DNA of 51,580 bases, filler included, from Streblomastix strix (Eukaryota): the NCBI GenBank assembly GCA_008636045.1. It is 3 parts of 3 records of this genome, joined end to end, with 100 filler letters (N's around TTAATTAATTAA, not from the genome) between each part and the next. Parts side by side here need not be neighbours in the genome. Positions count along the whole stretch, not along the records: positions 1 to 17,143 come from SNRW01000721.1; 2 more parts are not named here. One strand, written 5' to 3'. Made by a program: the position numbers and the translations under genes. The notes beneath the pieces were generated by a model. That model was not told the DNA's origin and ran no database searches. It worked only from the letters and a program-made list of their open reading frames with translations. Positions 1 to 13,361 of this stretch are shown one piece after another; the first letter of the stretch is position 1; the number at the start of each line of letters is the position of its first letter.

Positions 1-2
1 TA

Positions 3-1610
3 TTGAACACAGATATATAAAATTTACCTAATTCAGCCAATGGTGATTTTGCATTCTCTGCTGAAAGTGGAACAGTATGGATGTATGATTAGAATTGGTA
101 TAACAGTGGAGATATAGTTCCTGATTAAGTAACACCTGCAAGCGATGCTACTCCTTTAGCTGATAGTGGAACTGGAGTTGCAGGAACTTCAAATAAGTAT
201 TCTAGAGGAGATCATAAGCATCCACTATAAGTTTCCACTTCATAACCAAGTAAAAATACTTCTGTTGGTAATATCGGTTCAGCTAGTACTTATGCTAGAA
301 CTGATCATTAACATCCAATTTTGACTGCAGATTCAACACCACCTGCTGATACAGCAGATGGATCTTATGGTACTGTTGCTGCATATGCAAGAAATAATCA
401 TTCTCATCCAATTAATGTCTATACTAATGCTTCAATTGTACCTGTAGTTATTGGAGTAAGAAATAATGGAATATCTGCATATTTTTCAAGACATGATCAT
501 ATTCATCGGTAGTAATAAACTTAGGATGGAACCATTACAGCAACAAAATTCATTAAAACTGGTGGATTAGCTTCAGAAATTTTATGCGTTAATGGAGATA
601 CAATAGATGGGGTAGTTGATATAGCATCTAATTAAACGATAACTGGTATAAAGATATTTGATGAACTTAACATTGCTTAATGATTCAAAAAATTTTAAGG
701 AACAGATCAAAAGATATTATTATCAGATGAATCAACTGCACCATTAGTATTAGCATAAAGAGAATATTATATTACTGGTACTATACAATACATTAAATTG
801 TGTACAATCAATGTATATACTACTTTATATGACGTATCAGATGAATTCACATGTAATTGTAGAAGTGGTTTTGGATTATTATAATTTAATTAGAGCTATT
901 CATCTGAAGGAATACGAACATAATAATATAAATTTTAGTCAAATATGAATTATGGAATGGATGCATGTTATATTATATATTTTGGTACTGGTGCTGAAAG
1001 ACATAATGAACTATGGGCTAGATTATATATATGGTCAAATTAAGTAATCATAAAATAAACCAATTAGTGTTTGGCTACAGTTACATTAGCTAATGTTCTC
1101 AATATTGCCGCTGTTAGTGCTTTACCTACAGGATATTCTAATATGTTTAACTTATTTTCGAATTAATTTAGAGCATCTGTATAAATAAGTCTTATTGATA
1201 ATACTTCGTATAATTATGGTTTACGAATTGGTAGGTCGCCAACGTAAGGAAATAGTGTAAAGTATCTTGGAGTATATTATAGTTAGAATTATGATACATA
1301 AGCAAATTAATGGTAAATATAAACAACAAATTCCAATCTTTGTTTAAAATTACGTTTAAGAGCTGATGCTGATAATGCTAATAGAGGATTAATTACATCT
1401 GTAGATGGAAACACATTAAGTTTCAATAGTATTGTAATAGCTAGAACTGGCGCAACAAATGGTGCAACTAATGGATCAGTTATTTATTCTGCAGACAGTC
1501 CAATCTTATGGGGAGTTAAAAGTGTTGGAACAGAAGGTGGATTCTGTAGTGATGGAGCTAAAGTATATTGGCGTGCTAAATCAAAAACATTAAGATCAAT
1601 TCCTCCGTGA
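3..1610 (+). pseudogene. Viral fibre/tail-fibre-like protein (5'-partial), copy 1
   Basis: With TAR=Gln, one frame reads LNTDIQNLPNSANGDFAFSAESGTVWMY..., then four Y(A/S)RxDHxHP-type repeats, ATKFIKTGG..EIL, ending KVYWRAKSKTLRSIPP-TGA. Internal TGA at 681 (probably a former GGA). Confidence 0.7.
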
Positions 1611-1842
1611 TTATTATAATAATAATTAATTAATTTTTATATCAAATATGTCAAAACCACTTAAATAGTTTTTCACTGAACTTATAAAAGTAAACAATGA
1701 AACCGAAGATTTAATAAGAACAACGATAGAAACACTATAAAACCTGTTGATGAAAAATAAATAAGATTCATAACATATATTACTTAAATAATTAATATGA
1801 ATTAATAAGTAAATCACAAAATAATAGAGAAAATTATAGTCA

Positions 1843-2097
1843 ATGAAATAATTTGTTGATGATGAAGACTATAAAAATAAAATATATGGTGAGAATAATA
1901 AGAACTATGCAAATGAATATATTCAAATCAAGAAGATGATTTATTTGAATCAATAACTATAATAAATAAAGAAATATATTATATTTGAAACAATTGATGA
2001 TGAAAAATATATATATAATTAATTCGTCTTAGATAATGAAAATCAACTATTTTGTGGATACTATCAATTAGCACAACTTAACGTATTTAAATAGTGA
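1843..2097 (+). CDS. Small hypothetical viral protein (84 aa)
   Basis: ATG 1843 to TGA 2095-2097 is open under TAR=Gln (MKQFVDDEDYKNKIYGE...). Confidence 0.35.
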
Positions 2098-2354
2098 AGA
2101 TAACTTATGATTTCATAGGTTTATTTTGAAATCATACCGAATCTTTTATTACGTTCTTATTTTTTTCGAATCATAGATTTTTTTTGATAATCATCTAATT
2201 CCTTATCTTCAATCCTTCAAATATTTTAAACACTTCATAATCAGAGGCATTATTTTCTTTTCCAAGTACTTATGCAAAGCAATATAAATCATCCATTGAT
2301 GAGTTTATTATTAGAAAAATAATTATATTATATTTTTATAATTAATTTAAATTA

Positions 2355-2562
2355 TCATCTTTTATTCAAATGCATATCTATTCTACCTGCTATATTTCCT
2401 ATAGTTCCCATTATTTATCTAACTCCTGGATGTAGTATACTTACTGGTCCACTTTAAAGTACCCATTACTTTATGAAGCGTAGGAGCAACCCAGCCAGCA
2501 ACTTTCTTAATACCACCTAATATTTTTGATCCGAAATTTTTTAATCGAAAGTTGAATCCCAT
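2355..2562 (-). pseudogene. Small amphipathic-helix protein, adenovirus pVI-like candidate membrane-lytic peptide (1 frameshift)
   Basis: MGFNFRLKNFGSKILGGIKKVAGWVAPTLHKVMGTL/SGPVSILHPGVRQIMGTIGNIAGRIDMHLNKR-TGA. Divergent from the capsid gene. Confidence 0.55.
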
Positions 2563-2651
2563 ATTGAATTTAGTTTGATTTTCTTAATGGAGTATTTGTT
2601 TGAATAATAAAACTTACTTATTGTTTTAAATTCTAAGTAAATCAAACTAAT

Positions 2652-4611
2652 ATGAGTTTCACAGCAAGTGGTGTTATATAGAAATTAGCTTACGTTTGGC
2701 ATTCTAAATATATATCTTCATATTAGGCAATGTCTGAAGTATTAAGATAAGCATCTATTCACCTATAGAGTTTTAATCTAAGTAAATTAGAATTCATTTA
2801 TTAACCTATTAATTAAGTTACAAATGATGGATAAAGATATACAAGAGCTCCAATAGGTGGAAATGGTTCAGGAACTGGCCCTATGATATAATCATGTTAA
2901 GTTATCTGATAAATAACAATTCCTGGAGAGAGATTGGCTCTATAACTTAATTTAATACCACCACTAGATGAATTAGATTAAAAGACAGGAGCAAGAGCAA
3001 GAGTAAATTTCAATAGATTTGAGAATTCATAAACAGATTGGGCTCGTACAATGGAATGTGGTGCTGAAGTAAACTAAATGCCACAATATATTAATGAACT
3101 TGTTAAGTTTTGGATTGGTTATTCAACTGCTTGTGGTTCATTCTAATAAATAGCAATCTGAAAAGATAATACAAAACTATGGGAGACATCAATTTATGAA
3201 AGAGAATAAGCAGTTATAGCTGCAAATCCATTATCAGATTAATGTATAAACAATTCTGTGAGTGTATCATCATTAGAATCTATAGTTAGTGGTAGAAGAC
3301 ATCGTGGAATTTTCATAGATATTCCTGTTGAGAATTTTGCTGGTGGAAGCTTTAATTATTTAATTCAATATCCAATATCAATTGCTGGAGTACTTGATTT
3401 AAACTAGTTAAATCCAATATTCAACTCATTTCCAGTGTTAGCACGTAATTATGCTTCGTTATATTTATAATTATGGGCCTAAGATTTCATATAAGATCTG
3501 AAGGTTGTATGGATAAATAAGACTAATACGATAACTAACTAACATCTTGCTTATTATGTGATTCCTCCTGAGAAATATGATATTGTTTATTAATTAAGTT
3601 CAGGTGAAGGTTCATATAGTGCATTTTCAGTAAGAATTGTTAATATGGAAGAAAAAGCTCCTGATGAAATAAAACTTACAAATTCAATATTTTAAATTTA
3701 AGATGCAAGATTCACTATGTTAGATATTAATAATGCGAGTTTCAACATAGAAAATGAAGAAACAATCATTGATATGATAAAAATTCAAAAAATATTGAAT
3801 TTCCCAACATAAATATTATGTACATAATCAAGTAATTTCTTATTTCGTGGATTTTCAGAAAATGGTTGTTCAATGCAAGGTATAATGTCATATTTTAATA
3901 TAAAAGCTTTATTTATTACATTTGCAATGAATTAATATCCAACTTGGATGTATCCAGTGTCATTTTAGAAGTTAAATTTGGAAATTGATCAGCGACATCT
4001 TATTTAGTAAGAATATGTATCGTTGAATCCAATGGTCACTGGATAGATGTTCGAATGTTTTATTAAGTAAGATTTAGTTTCAGCACCTTCAGATTTATAT
4101 CATTCATTGAATTTCCAAAATCAAACTATAAATGAATCAAATGGGAATTATTATGTATATATAGGCACTAGTTATATTGATAGGGAGAATATATTCTATA
4201 ATACAACGTTATACTTAGGAAGTAAAGCAGTAAAAATATATTATTCTCATAAATTTTCTGCTTGCATAGAAGATTGCAACTGACGATTCATTCATGAAAG
4301 TATATTATTCATCTAAAATGTATGTTTGAACTAATATTAAAGTTACTTTATAAGGGAGTTTATCTTCAGGAATAGTAGATTATTCATTGATACTTGACGC
4401 AGTTCCTGGATTCTAAGATTATTAAAGTAATCTTTTATAATTTATTGCAACAAGAGCTTATCCTACTCCAACTAATGCTTAGATAACTCCTTAGATGCAC
4501 TATCACTGTTATGCTATCATTAGAACTACTTTTTATGATGTATCTGATTCATAGGTTTTAACCTTTGAAATCATAGGTGATGTTGGTGGAACTATGATAA
4601 GAAGTGGATGA
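2652..4611 (+). pseudogene. Putative major capsid protein (double jelly-roll type inferred), lineage A
   Basis: About 650-codon beta-rich frame MSFTASGVIQKLAYVW...FWIGYSTACG...LNQLNPIFNSFPVLARNYASLYLQLW...FEIIGDVGGTMIRSG-TGA. Internal TGA near 3159 and frameshift near 4260. Paralog at 11034-12285, distant similarity to 42923-44645. Capsid call rests on size and viral context. Confidence 0.6.
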
Positions 4612-4859
4612 TCATGTAAAAATAATATATACTTGTTAAAATTATTTTACAAATTATAAACATGATTAATAATAATATTTCCTTTGCAAATTTTATAGTT
4701 ATTAATGATCCAATATTAAATATATTAAGTTAATTAATAATAGGGAATTTAAAGCTGACGTGGTATTCGGTGCTCGAGCTCTTTTAAGTTTAATAATTTT
4801 GAATATTCAATAAAATTGAATTTCTAATAATAAATTATTATACATATTCATATATTAAT

Positions 4860-6300
4860 TAATTGTTTTTCTACCATAATTATCATATAAAGTGAATTTA
4901 ACAGCTTTGTTTAGCCAATTATTCATTCTTAAGATAGTATATTTTAACCCCATAATACTGGTGCACCAATAAGATTTTACTTATAACATACATTTTAGAA
5001 GCATTTTCTTCTAAATCCTTACAATGTGATACCTTATAATTAGTTATAGACAGTTATGATAAGTATCTGAGTATATTATTGGAAATTTACAATGAATGGA
5101 TATAGAATTGGTGTATCAGCAAGTTAACTCTAAGAATCCTATTGAGTTTTATAATACCAAGTCTCTAGGTCAATGAATTTCACTGATGAAGCATTATTTA
5201 CGATACGATTTGCAGCATTCTCAGATAATCCATCATATAAATCTAATGCACCTGTTAATTATATGAATAAATTAGGAGATAAGGTAATTCTATTTGGTTA
5301 CCATAGAATTTAAGTATTTGCTTAATAATTAATAGTTGAAAACTGTGTTAAGACATCAGGAATATACTATCCATTATATTGAAGTCTATCAACAGCAGTA
5401 TATATAATATCCCAATCATTAGAATTCTAACCAGGAATTGAAGATATAATTCTTGCTGGATAAGAATTAATACTGTTAATGATAGATTACATAGTTGGTT
5501 ATTAAAAATTCATAGGCAAAGCTATAACTTCTTAAATTATATTACTATCATTGATATTATATTATTACCACGATAATATCTTATTTTTTCAGAATGAACT
5601 TACGTTGTAGTTAAGAATCAATCTATAATTGTTAAGAAGTTATTTATCATAGGACAATATAAACTAATTATACCAATAAATCTATAGAAAAAACCATTAC
5701 TAAGCATAAAATATTTATAAAGAAATGAATCTATGCGAAGATTAATATAATTTATTGCAGATGATACTATATCTTAACCATCATTAATATTCAATTAGAA
5801 TTTTCCATCTGCTAATTTCTTAGTATGCTCATTAACAACATTATTAAAGCTAATTGCTCCACGATTACTAGTGTTCGTCATATGAAAGTACTATTCCTAA
5901 GAATCTACGAACTCATCTTACTATGCTGAAGTAATACACTTTATTAAGAGGGTATATTAATATCCTTAATAATTCTATTCATTAGTATATCTATTGTTTA
6001 TAGTAGTATTGAAGTAGATTTTTACAGTTGGAATCTCAGTTATCTCTGTTAATTTATAAGTTCCATTATGATTCATAGATTATTCATAGAATTTCTTATT
6101 TACAGATGATTTCGTACCTTGAGATATCTCTAAGTAGTCTTGATTCAGATAATAAATGGGATTAATGTTCATGTCATTAAGAAAATTTACTTTAAATGAC
6201 TTAGAATCACTGGGAATAGTCGTTTTCCAAGTTAAATCGTCAGAATCTGAGTCAGAACAAAGTATTTATAAGCCTAATGATGACGTTTCTTTATATCATA
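4860..6300 (-). pseudogene. Degraded hypothetical viral protein(s)
   Basis: Long open stretches under TAR=Gln (..LCSDSDSDDLTWKTTIPSDSKSFKVNFLND..) broken by frameshifts and TGA. Boundaries approximate. Confidence 0.35.
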
Positions 6301-6731
6301 TTCAAAAATATTAGTTTTTTCATTTTTCATTAAGAAATTAGATTAATTTTTAGAATGATTCTTATTCACCAGTATCTTAAGCAATACCAATGATTTCCAT
6401 GAGTTATTCCATCTTAAGACTCTTATTAAATTATCTTAAGAGAAATCAAAGTTCAATTTCTGGATCTAATTTGGTTGCGACGCATAATAATGAACTTAGA
6501 AAATAAGAATAATCAAGAAATTTTTCTATTGTAATGTGCATATTCTTTAAAATATATATAAAATACCTAAGTTTTTCAACAATCATTTTTACTATGGATA
6601 TTAATAATCTATACAACAAGTAATTAACAGGAAGAAATTATTGTTAAGATATCCCAAGACATTAGAAATTTGAATTATTTTGTTTATATTTAAAATATTT
6701 ACCAAATGTATTAATCAAATAACTTAAGAAT

Positions 6732-7860
6732 ATGTCAAAGTAAAGAAAGAAGAGTAAAACTAAGAGTTCATCATATGAAGTAGACATATCAGAAGCTGCA
6801 CTTAATATTCTCTCGAAAATCATTAATAGTAATTAGTAGAAGTTGAATAAACAACTAGCTATTGGTGATTGGAGATAAAATATGTAATTTAAGCCATTTA
6901 AACAATATAATTATTAAAAATATAGACCTGGGTAAGTTGCGATAATACCAAACATAATTAAAAATAGGGGTCTGAAATTTAAGAAAGAAATGAATAATAA
7001 ATAATTAAAAAAAAATTGAATAAGAAGTTCTTCGTATAGATCCAACTATATCACCTTATGAAGCTTTGATTAAAATCTTTACAGTGACTGATGCTAAAAC
7101 TAGAAGATGAATTTATACTGATCATTTCCCAAATAGCTTATTATAAGATCTTTATGAAACAAATATTAGAGTAAATAATGAAGGTAAGATAATAGAAGAG
7201 AAATATAAGGAAAATAGTTAGAGATATGAGTAAAATATTAATGGAAGAATAGATTAGCCATCAATGAACTTAGGATCTAGAAGTCCAGTAGTTACACAAG
7301 AAGAATAAATGAATGAAATGTTGAATTTCGGATCATTATTATAGAAATAGAATGTATCTAAGTAATTAGAGAAGGATTATCCTATTTATAATCAACTAGA
7401 TCTTCCAGATTTAGTTTTGTATCCAGATATACACCTAGTAAAGACAATTACTTAAGAAAATTTCACGGATGGAGAACGATAATAAACATAATCAGCTATA
7501 CATTCATCAGGTAACCTAAATACTGTCTATGATATTGGTGCTTTAGATTGGTGTTGACCACCAATTAATGATATCTATGGCAGATCTCCATTTGAAACGT
7601 ATTAATCATGTTATAAATATGATTATTTAGGTAATCTTCAAGCTTATATGAAGAAACGAGTAGCTCCAGTAGGTAAGAAAGATATGATAACTAAGAAAAA
7701 TTATATTCAAACTTTATAGTTATTATAAACTTCAATTGCATAATAGAATGTAGTCAAGAAATTAAGAGCTTCAGCTAATACTCATTTGATAAAATAAGCT
7801 CTCCTTAATTTCTTAATAAGAATTCCCTATAACTTCATTTTATATAGAAGTAAGATATGA
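6732..7860 (+). pseudogene. Hypothetical viral protein with basic N-terminus
   Basis: MSKQRKKSKTKSSSYEVDISEAALNIL...IPYNFILYRSKI-TGA. Frameshift in the poly-A near 7010 and two internal TGA. Confidence 0.5.
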
Positions 7861-8409
7861 TGAAGTTAATGAAATAAATATTTTTCTAGCTCTCGTAATG
7901 AAACATCTAGTAATTCATAAGTAAATTTCCATCTTAACTATCTATTTTAGTACCATCTCCTAACCTCAATTGTAAAATCGATATCAACTTCCAACTTTAA
8001 GCATAATCCAAACAGCAACTCTTACTATTTTTCCATCCCTAAGAATAAATATTTCTTATTCCATAAATAATGGTAAAATATTTTTTAAATTTTAAACTTC
8101 ATTTGTCTCGAGCCTCAAGCCGCCCAATCTTCCTATAATTTTCCTTAAATTTTACTTATTTTCTAATTATCGTGCACGAACCTCAAGCTGCCTAACTTTA
8201 ACCTAATTATTTCATCTTATAAATTTTCTAAATTATTTTTCAATTCTATAATTATTAATTAAATTCCATTATTTTCCTCATTTTTTCCCATTTTCAGTTA
8301 TTTTACCGATAAATCTGATAAGTTTTTAATTTATTTTATTATTATATTATTTATCATCAAATAACTCTTGAAAAATATCTGTTATCAAATTCATCATATC
8401 TCCCTTCTC

Positions 8410-9910
8410 CTACTTAATGCTGACATATAAAATTTATCTAATTGTGCGAGCAGCGATTTTATTTTTAATGCCTAAAATAGCACAATCTGGATGTATGAAT
8501 CAATCCGGTATGATAGTGATGAATTAATTCCTGATTAAGTAACTCCTTCTAGTGATACAATACCATTAGTTGATAGTTGCACAGGAGCAGCAGGTGCGTC
8601 AACTTCTTATGCTGGAGGAGATCATGTAAATCTCTAAAATATAAGTGATGAAATTTTAAAAAGGGATTTTAATTTAAGGGCTATTGGAACTGCAACTTCT
8701 TACTCTAGATCCGAACATTTACATATATTAAGTAAAGACCAATCAGTGGCAAATAAACCGGCAAAAGATACAGGAACAGGAGCTAAAAGTAATTTTAACT
8801 ATTTTGCTCGGTCTAACCATTAACATCCCCTTAACGTTGACCTATCTGTAGCAAATGAATCGTTAGTTAATGCAGCTGCAGCAGCTAATGGTACAAGTGA
8901 TTATCATTGTAGATCAGATCATGTACATCTATAATAGTTAACATAAACTGGACCATTAATTTCAACTAAATTTTTAAAAATAGAGCTTAAGCAACTGACG
9001 TATTACTATCTAATGGTGATTCTAAACCTATATCTGATGTAGTAGGTGATGGATTTGTAGTTCATACAGGGAAAACATTATAAGTAATTGAAGGAACATA
9101 ACGACGTAGTGGAGATGAAGAAGAAGAAAGTGATGATGAGGAATATTTGCCAAGAAGGAAGTTAGAAAATGGGTTCGTTAATCTATATTCGGATTAAGTA
9201 ATTAGAGGTAAAAAATCATTTAAAAGTAATTAATTTGAAATTCGATAAGTTGATTCAACTAATCCGTTAATGTTGTTCAATAATAGAAGTGGATACATTG
9301 AATAAATGGTTAATGGAAATGAAATGTTTTTATCAATGATTTATTCTTCTTCTGAGCTACAACCATTACATATCAATTATAATAGTAGCGGTTTAACAAC
9401 ATAATACCCTGAAGTTAAAATCCTATATAGATATATAATTAATGCTGAGAATAGTGTTTCATTTGCTGGTGGTACATGTGGCGCTGCATAAATTAATCCA
9501 AATGGAAATAATTATAATTAAGTAACAAGAATTTCAGGTTCCTCCACTGATAATTATGGTGGAATTTTTCTTTGTTGTAATCCTATTTCAACTGTTGGAA
9601 CACAAGCTGGATAGAGGAGTATATTAGCTTCATCTAAAGGTGAATTAAGGATTAGCGTTAGTACTCAAGTTAGTCAGGCAAACTAAGGATTAATTATATC
9701 TGCTGATGGAAATACATTATCTTTCAAAGTTAGTGTTATAGCTGGCACAGGAGCAAATAATGTAGCAACAAATGGATCAATTAATTATTCCGCTTGCAAT
9801 TTTATATTATGAGCACTAATAGCGTTGGAACGGAAGGTGGATTCTATTGTGATGGAGATAAGGTATATTGGCGAGCCCATTCATTAACATTAGGTTCTAT
9901 TCCACTATGA
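8410..9910 (+). pseudogene. Viral fibre/tail-fibre-like protein, copy 2 (5'-truncated)
   Basis: LLNADIQNLSNCASSDF..TIWMYE..PDQVTPSSD, RSDHVH-type repeats, C-terminus KVYWRAHSLTLGSIPL-TGA. Homologous to 3-1610; frameshifted. Confidence 0.7.
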
Positions 9911-9938
9911 AAAAAATAATGTTTATTTTTATTATTAA

Positions 9939-10163
9939 ATGGAATAATTATTATAAATAGCTGTTAAATTAGGTAAATAAATTAATGCAAGTAATATCAA
10001 AATATATTACATCATTTAAGCGCTAGTTGAACCATTAATCAATATGGAAAGTGAAAAAATAATTAATGAAGCTAATAATGAAGATGAAAGGGGAATATAT
10101 AGGAGATAAGTGTTAGGAAATGATATAATATATTAAATATCTATCGATAATCGCTTCTAATGA
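9939..10163 (+). CDS. Small hypothetical viral protein (74 aa)
   Basis: MEQLLQIAVKLGKQINAS...IDNRFQ-TGA, open under TAR=Gln, directly after the fibre gene. Confidence 0.35.
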
Positions 10164-10959
10164 GTGAGAAAGATAACCAAATTAAATTTAATGAGAAAAA
10201 TTTTTTGAATTATTTATTTCCTACGTCAGCAACGAAATTATTGTATATTTATTTTTCTTCATTATTTGCTTCTATTAATATATAACGCTTTAATTTTTCA
10301 GCTTGAATAGTACTTGATTATTTATACTAATTATATTAATCAACACATTTATGATTATTTTAAGCGTAAATTTTATTAAGATACTACTCTTGCTCAGCTT
10401 ATTTATAAAAAAATTACAATTTTTACTATTGGTGGTGAAATTGTTATTTTATCTTTTTCAACTCTTAGAATAATAATGGTAGATCTAATTAAGGCTATAT
10501 TAAGTCCTTCAATTGTAAAATTATCTCGGTCATTAGATCTTCCTATATATTATTTTTAGTTAATTGTTTAATTAATTATTTCAATTATATTATTAGTGAT
10601 TCCATTTAATTAGAAAAAATTTAGCCATCGTTAATTATAACATAAACGATTTAATTAGCCTCTGATCTTGCCCATGATTAGCGTTAAAATTAGCTATCAT
10701 TAATTTATATCGTTGATGCTCTAAATTAGCTTCGGATTATTTGAGCTAACTAACATCATGGATTATTGTTTTTTTGAAAAAAAACAGGGGTGCAGCTTGC
10801 CTTTTCACTAACTGGAAGTTAGCGTTAAATTAACCTGCTCCTTGTCAGTGGTTAGACTAACCTATTATATTTTTCGATTATTGTACCTAATAAATTAGTT
10901 TAATATGAGTAGGCTAAATATGTACAGTATCTCTTCTCATCTATGTTGAAGCGAATAAT

Positions 10960-11033
10960 TTGGCAAGTTAATTGGGAACATAACCTGTAGCTTATTTTAC
11001 ACCACTTAATATTTTTGATCCAAAATTCTTTGT
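10960..11033 (-). pseudogene. Remnant of pVI-like amphipathic peptide gene
   Basis: KNFGSKILSGVKQATGYVP aligns with KNFGSKILGGIKKVAGWVAP of 2355-2562. Confidence 0.55.
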
Positions 11034-12285
11034 ATTAAAATTCCTAATTTTATCATATTTTCCGATGTATTAGTTCCCAATTAATTGAACCTAATATTTA
11101 ATGAATTTCCGATATTAACAAGAAATTATGTTTCATTATATTTATAACTTTGGATGACCGATATCCTTCAAGATTTAAAAGTAGTTTGATTAAATAAAAC
11201 ACTTTACGCTTACGATCACCATCTAGCTTACGCTGTTATTCCCCCGGAGAAACCTGATATAATTTCCTTAGTAGATAACAGTGGAGATGTTAGCTACAAT
11301 TATTATTCAATTCAATTGATTAATTGTAAAGATATGTACGGCACATCTACGGACTATAAAAATGGTATATAATAATTAGACAACACAATTTTTGAATATT
11401 TATCTATAAATAATTTATGTTTTACCTTAGAAAATGAAATAGCAATTATAGATATGATTTGAGATTAGAAAATAATACAATTTCCGACTTAGGAAATTAA
11501 ATTATAATCATCGAATTATCCAATGGCTCGATTTTAACCAAGCAGTGGGTAAATTTAGAGTATAATGTCCTTCTCTAACACCAAGGCTATGTTTATGACA
11601 TTCGTTATGTAATAATATTCATCATGGTTCTTTCCTATGTTACTCCACAATATGGATTTAATAATTGATTAACGTAACGCTATCCCATTCCCTTATGAAG
11701 CACATACTTAAGCTACCAACGGTTCAATGTTTTAATGCTTCGTTGATCAAGATTTAGTTTCTCCCTCTAGTGATTTGTACCATTCACTTACTTTCGAGAA
11801 TATTAATATAAATGATATAAAATATTGATATGGTAAGAATGATGGTCCTGCACCCCCTATATGATAATATATTCTATAATACAACTCTAATTTAAGGATC
11901 TAGAGCAATTTAAACATATCATCCAAATAAATATATGCTGGCATGGAAATTTGCTACTGATGACTCGTTTATGAGAGGATATAATAGTTCTAGAATCGGT
12001 GCGAGAATTAATATACAAAATATATTAAATACTAAATTGATTACAGGTATAGTAGATAATTATAAAATTGAGGACGACAATCTTCTCCCAGAAAATCAAA
12101 ACACTTTAGCTGGATTTATTCGAATGAAAAGTTATCCCATGTGTTGGCAAACTAGATAAACTCCAATGTTACATTTCCTTTTTGACGCCATAATTCGAAT
12201 TATGTTTAATGATAACTCTGAATTTTAAGTATTAAATTTAGAAGTTATTGGAGAAATTTGTGAAAATATGATTACAGCTGGTTGA
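11034..12285 (+). pseudogene. Putative major capsid protein, 5'-deleted paralog
   Basis: NQLNLIFNEFPILTRNYVSLYLQLW..QDLKVV, DQDLVSPPSDLYHSL, AWKFATDDSFMRGYNSS, LEVIGEICENMITAG-TGA are collinear with the 3' two-thirds of 2652-4611. Confidence 0.6.
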
Positions 12286-12320
12286 AATATTAAATACGCC
12301 AACTACTCAAAAATAATTCA

Positions 12321-12599
12321 TCATTATTTTTAACGCAAATTTATTTCATCTACACATTCACCGAAGCACTAGCGATAATAATCTGTTATACGAAATTGCC
12401 TGGGTAAGTTATAATCTTATCGATATTTTTCACTTAAGTTAATATGCTCATCAAGTGTTTAGTTAAATTTCATAGATTGTTCAACTGTTTATACTAAGGT
12501 ATATTTATATTATAGTAGGTCTCCTCGATCGTAACCTAAATTACATATTAATTAACCTGAAATTGAAAATAAATTACAGTGACAACCTGATCCTTACAT
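12321..12599 (-). CDS. Small hypothetical protein (92 aa), tandem copy 1
   Basis: MQGSGCHCNLFSISGQLICNLGYDRG...YRQCFGECVDEINLRQKQ-TGA; intact 279 nt. Confidence 0.55.
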
Positions 12600-12731
12600 T
12601 TATATATAAGGAAAAAAATTAAAGGAGTTAAATTACTATTGTTAATTTTAAGGGACAAATTTTAGGCCTTTGAAATCAATTCACCAATTTTTATTGGTAG
12701 AACTTTACACTAATTATTCAAAAATAATTCT

Positions 12732-13010
12732 TCATTATTTTTGGTGTTAATTTATTTCATCAACACATTCATTGAAGCACTAGCGATACCAAGTTGCTAT
12801 CCACATTAATCTAAGTATATTAAAATCTAAAGATTATTTTTCACTTAAATCAACATAATCATCAATTGTTTATCTATATTTTTTATGTTATTCAACTGTT
12901 AATACTAAGGGACAAATATGTCATATTAGGTTTCCTTTTTCAAAGCTTAAAGTATCTACAATTTAGCCGTCGTATGAATATAGGTTATAGGGACAATTAT
13001 ATGTTGACAT
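12732..13010 (-). pseudogene. Small hypothetical protein, tandem copy 2
   Basis: MSTYNCPYNLYSYDGQIV...YRQCFNECVDEINQHQKQ-TGA; same 279-nt length, one internal TGA. Confidence 0.55.
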
Positions 13011-13361
13011 TTATATATAAAATAAAAAATTAAATGAATTAAATTTCCATCGTTAATTTTAAAGGACTAATTTCAGGCTGGTGTGAGTAAATTATACCAT
13101 CACCACAAATTCCAAAAATAATTGGAAAATTATTTGCTTGCCTAGATATTGCTCTAATTTTAATGAACCAATTTTGGCTCCTAGAACTTTCATATAATTT
13201 TAACAATAAAATCGAGTGCCAAAATTTAGGCTGTCAAAAATAAGTTACATTTACATATCTTACTTTCACAGGCATATTTTATAGTTGATACCCAGATTGC
13301 TTTAAAGATAGAGTGCCAATTGATACCTAATTATTCCTCGATTAATTGGTATATAACTGTT

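Noticed and set aside
1..1610. Bacterial prophage or contaminant
   Set aside because: Despite phage-like motifs, the genes need TAR=Gln and are linked to pPolB and capsid-like genes and to a eukaryotic-code host gene.
10968..11085. 12-bp inverted repeat ttaattgggaac / gttcccaattaa near the deletion junction
   Set aside because: Too short and AT-rich to call functional; at most a scar of the rearrangement.
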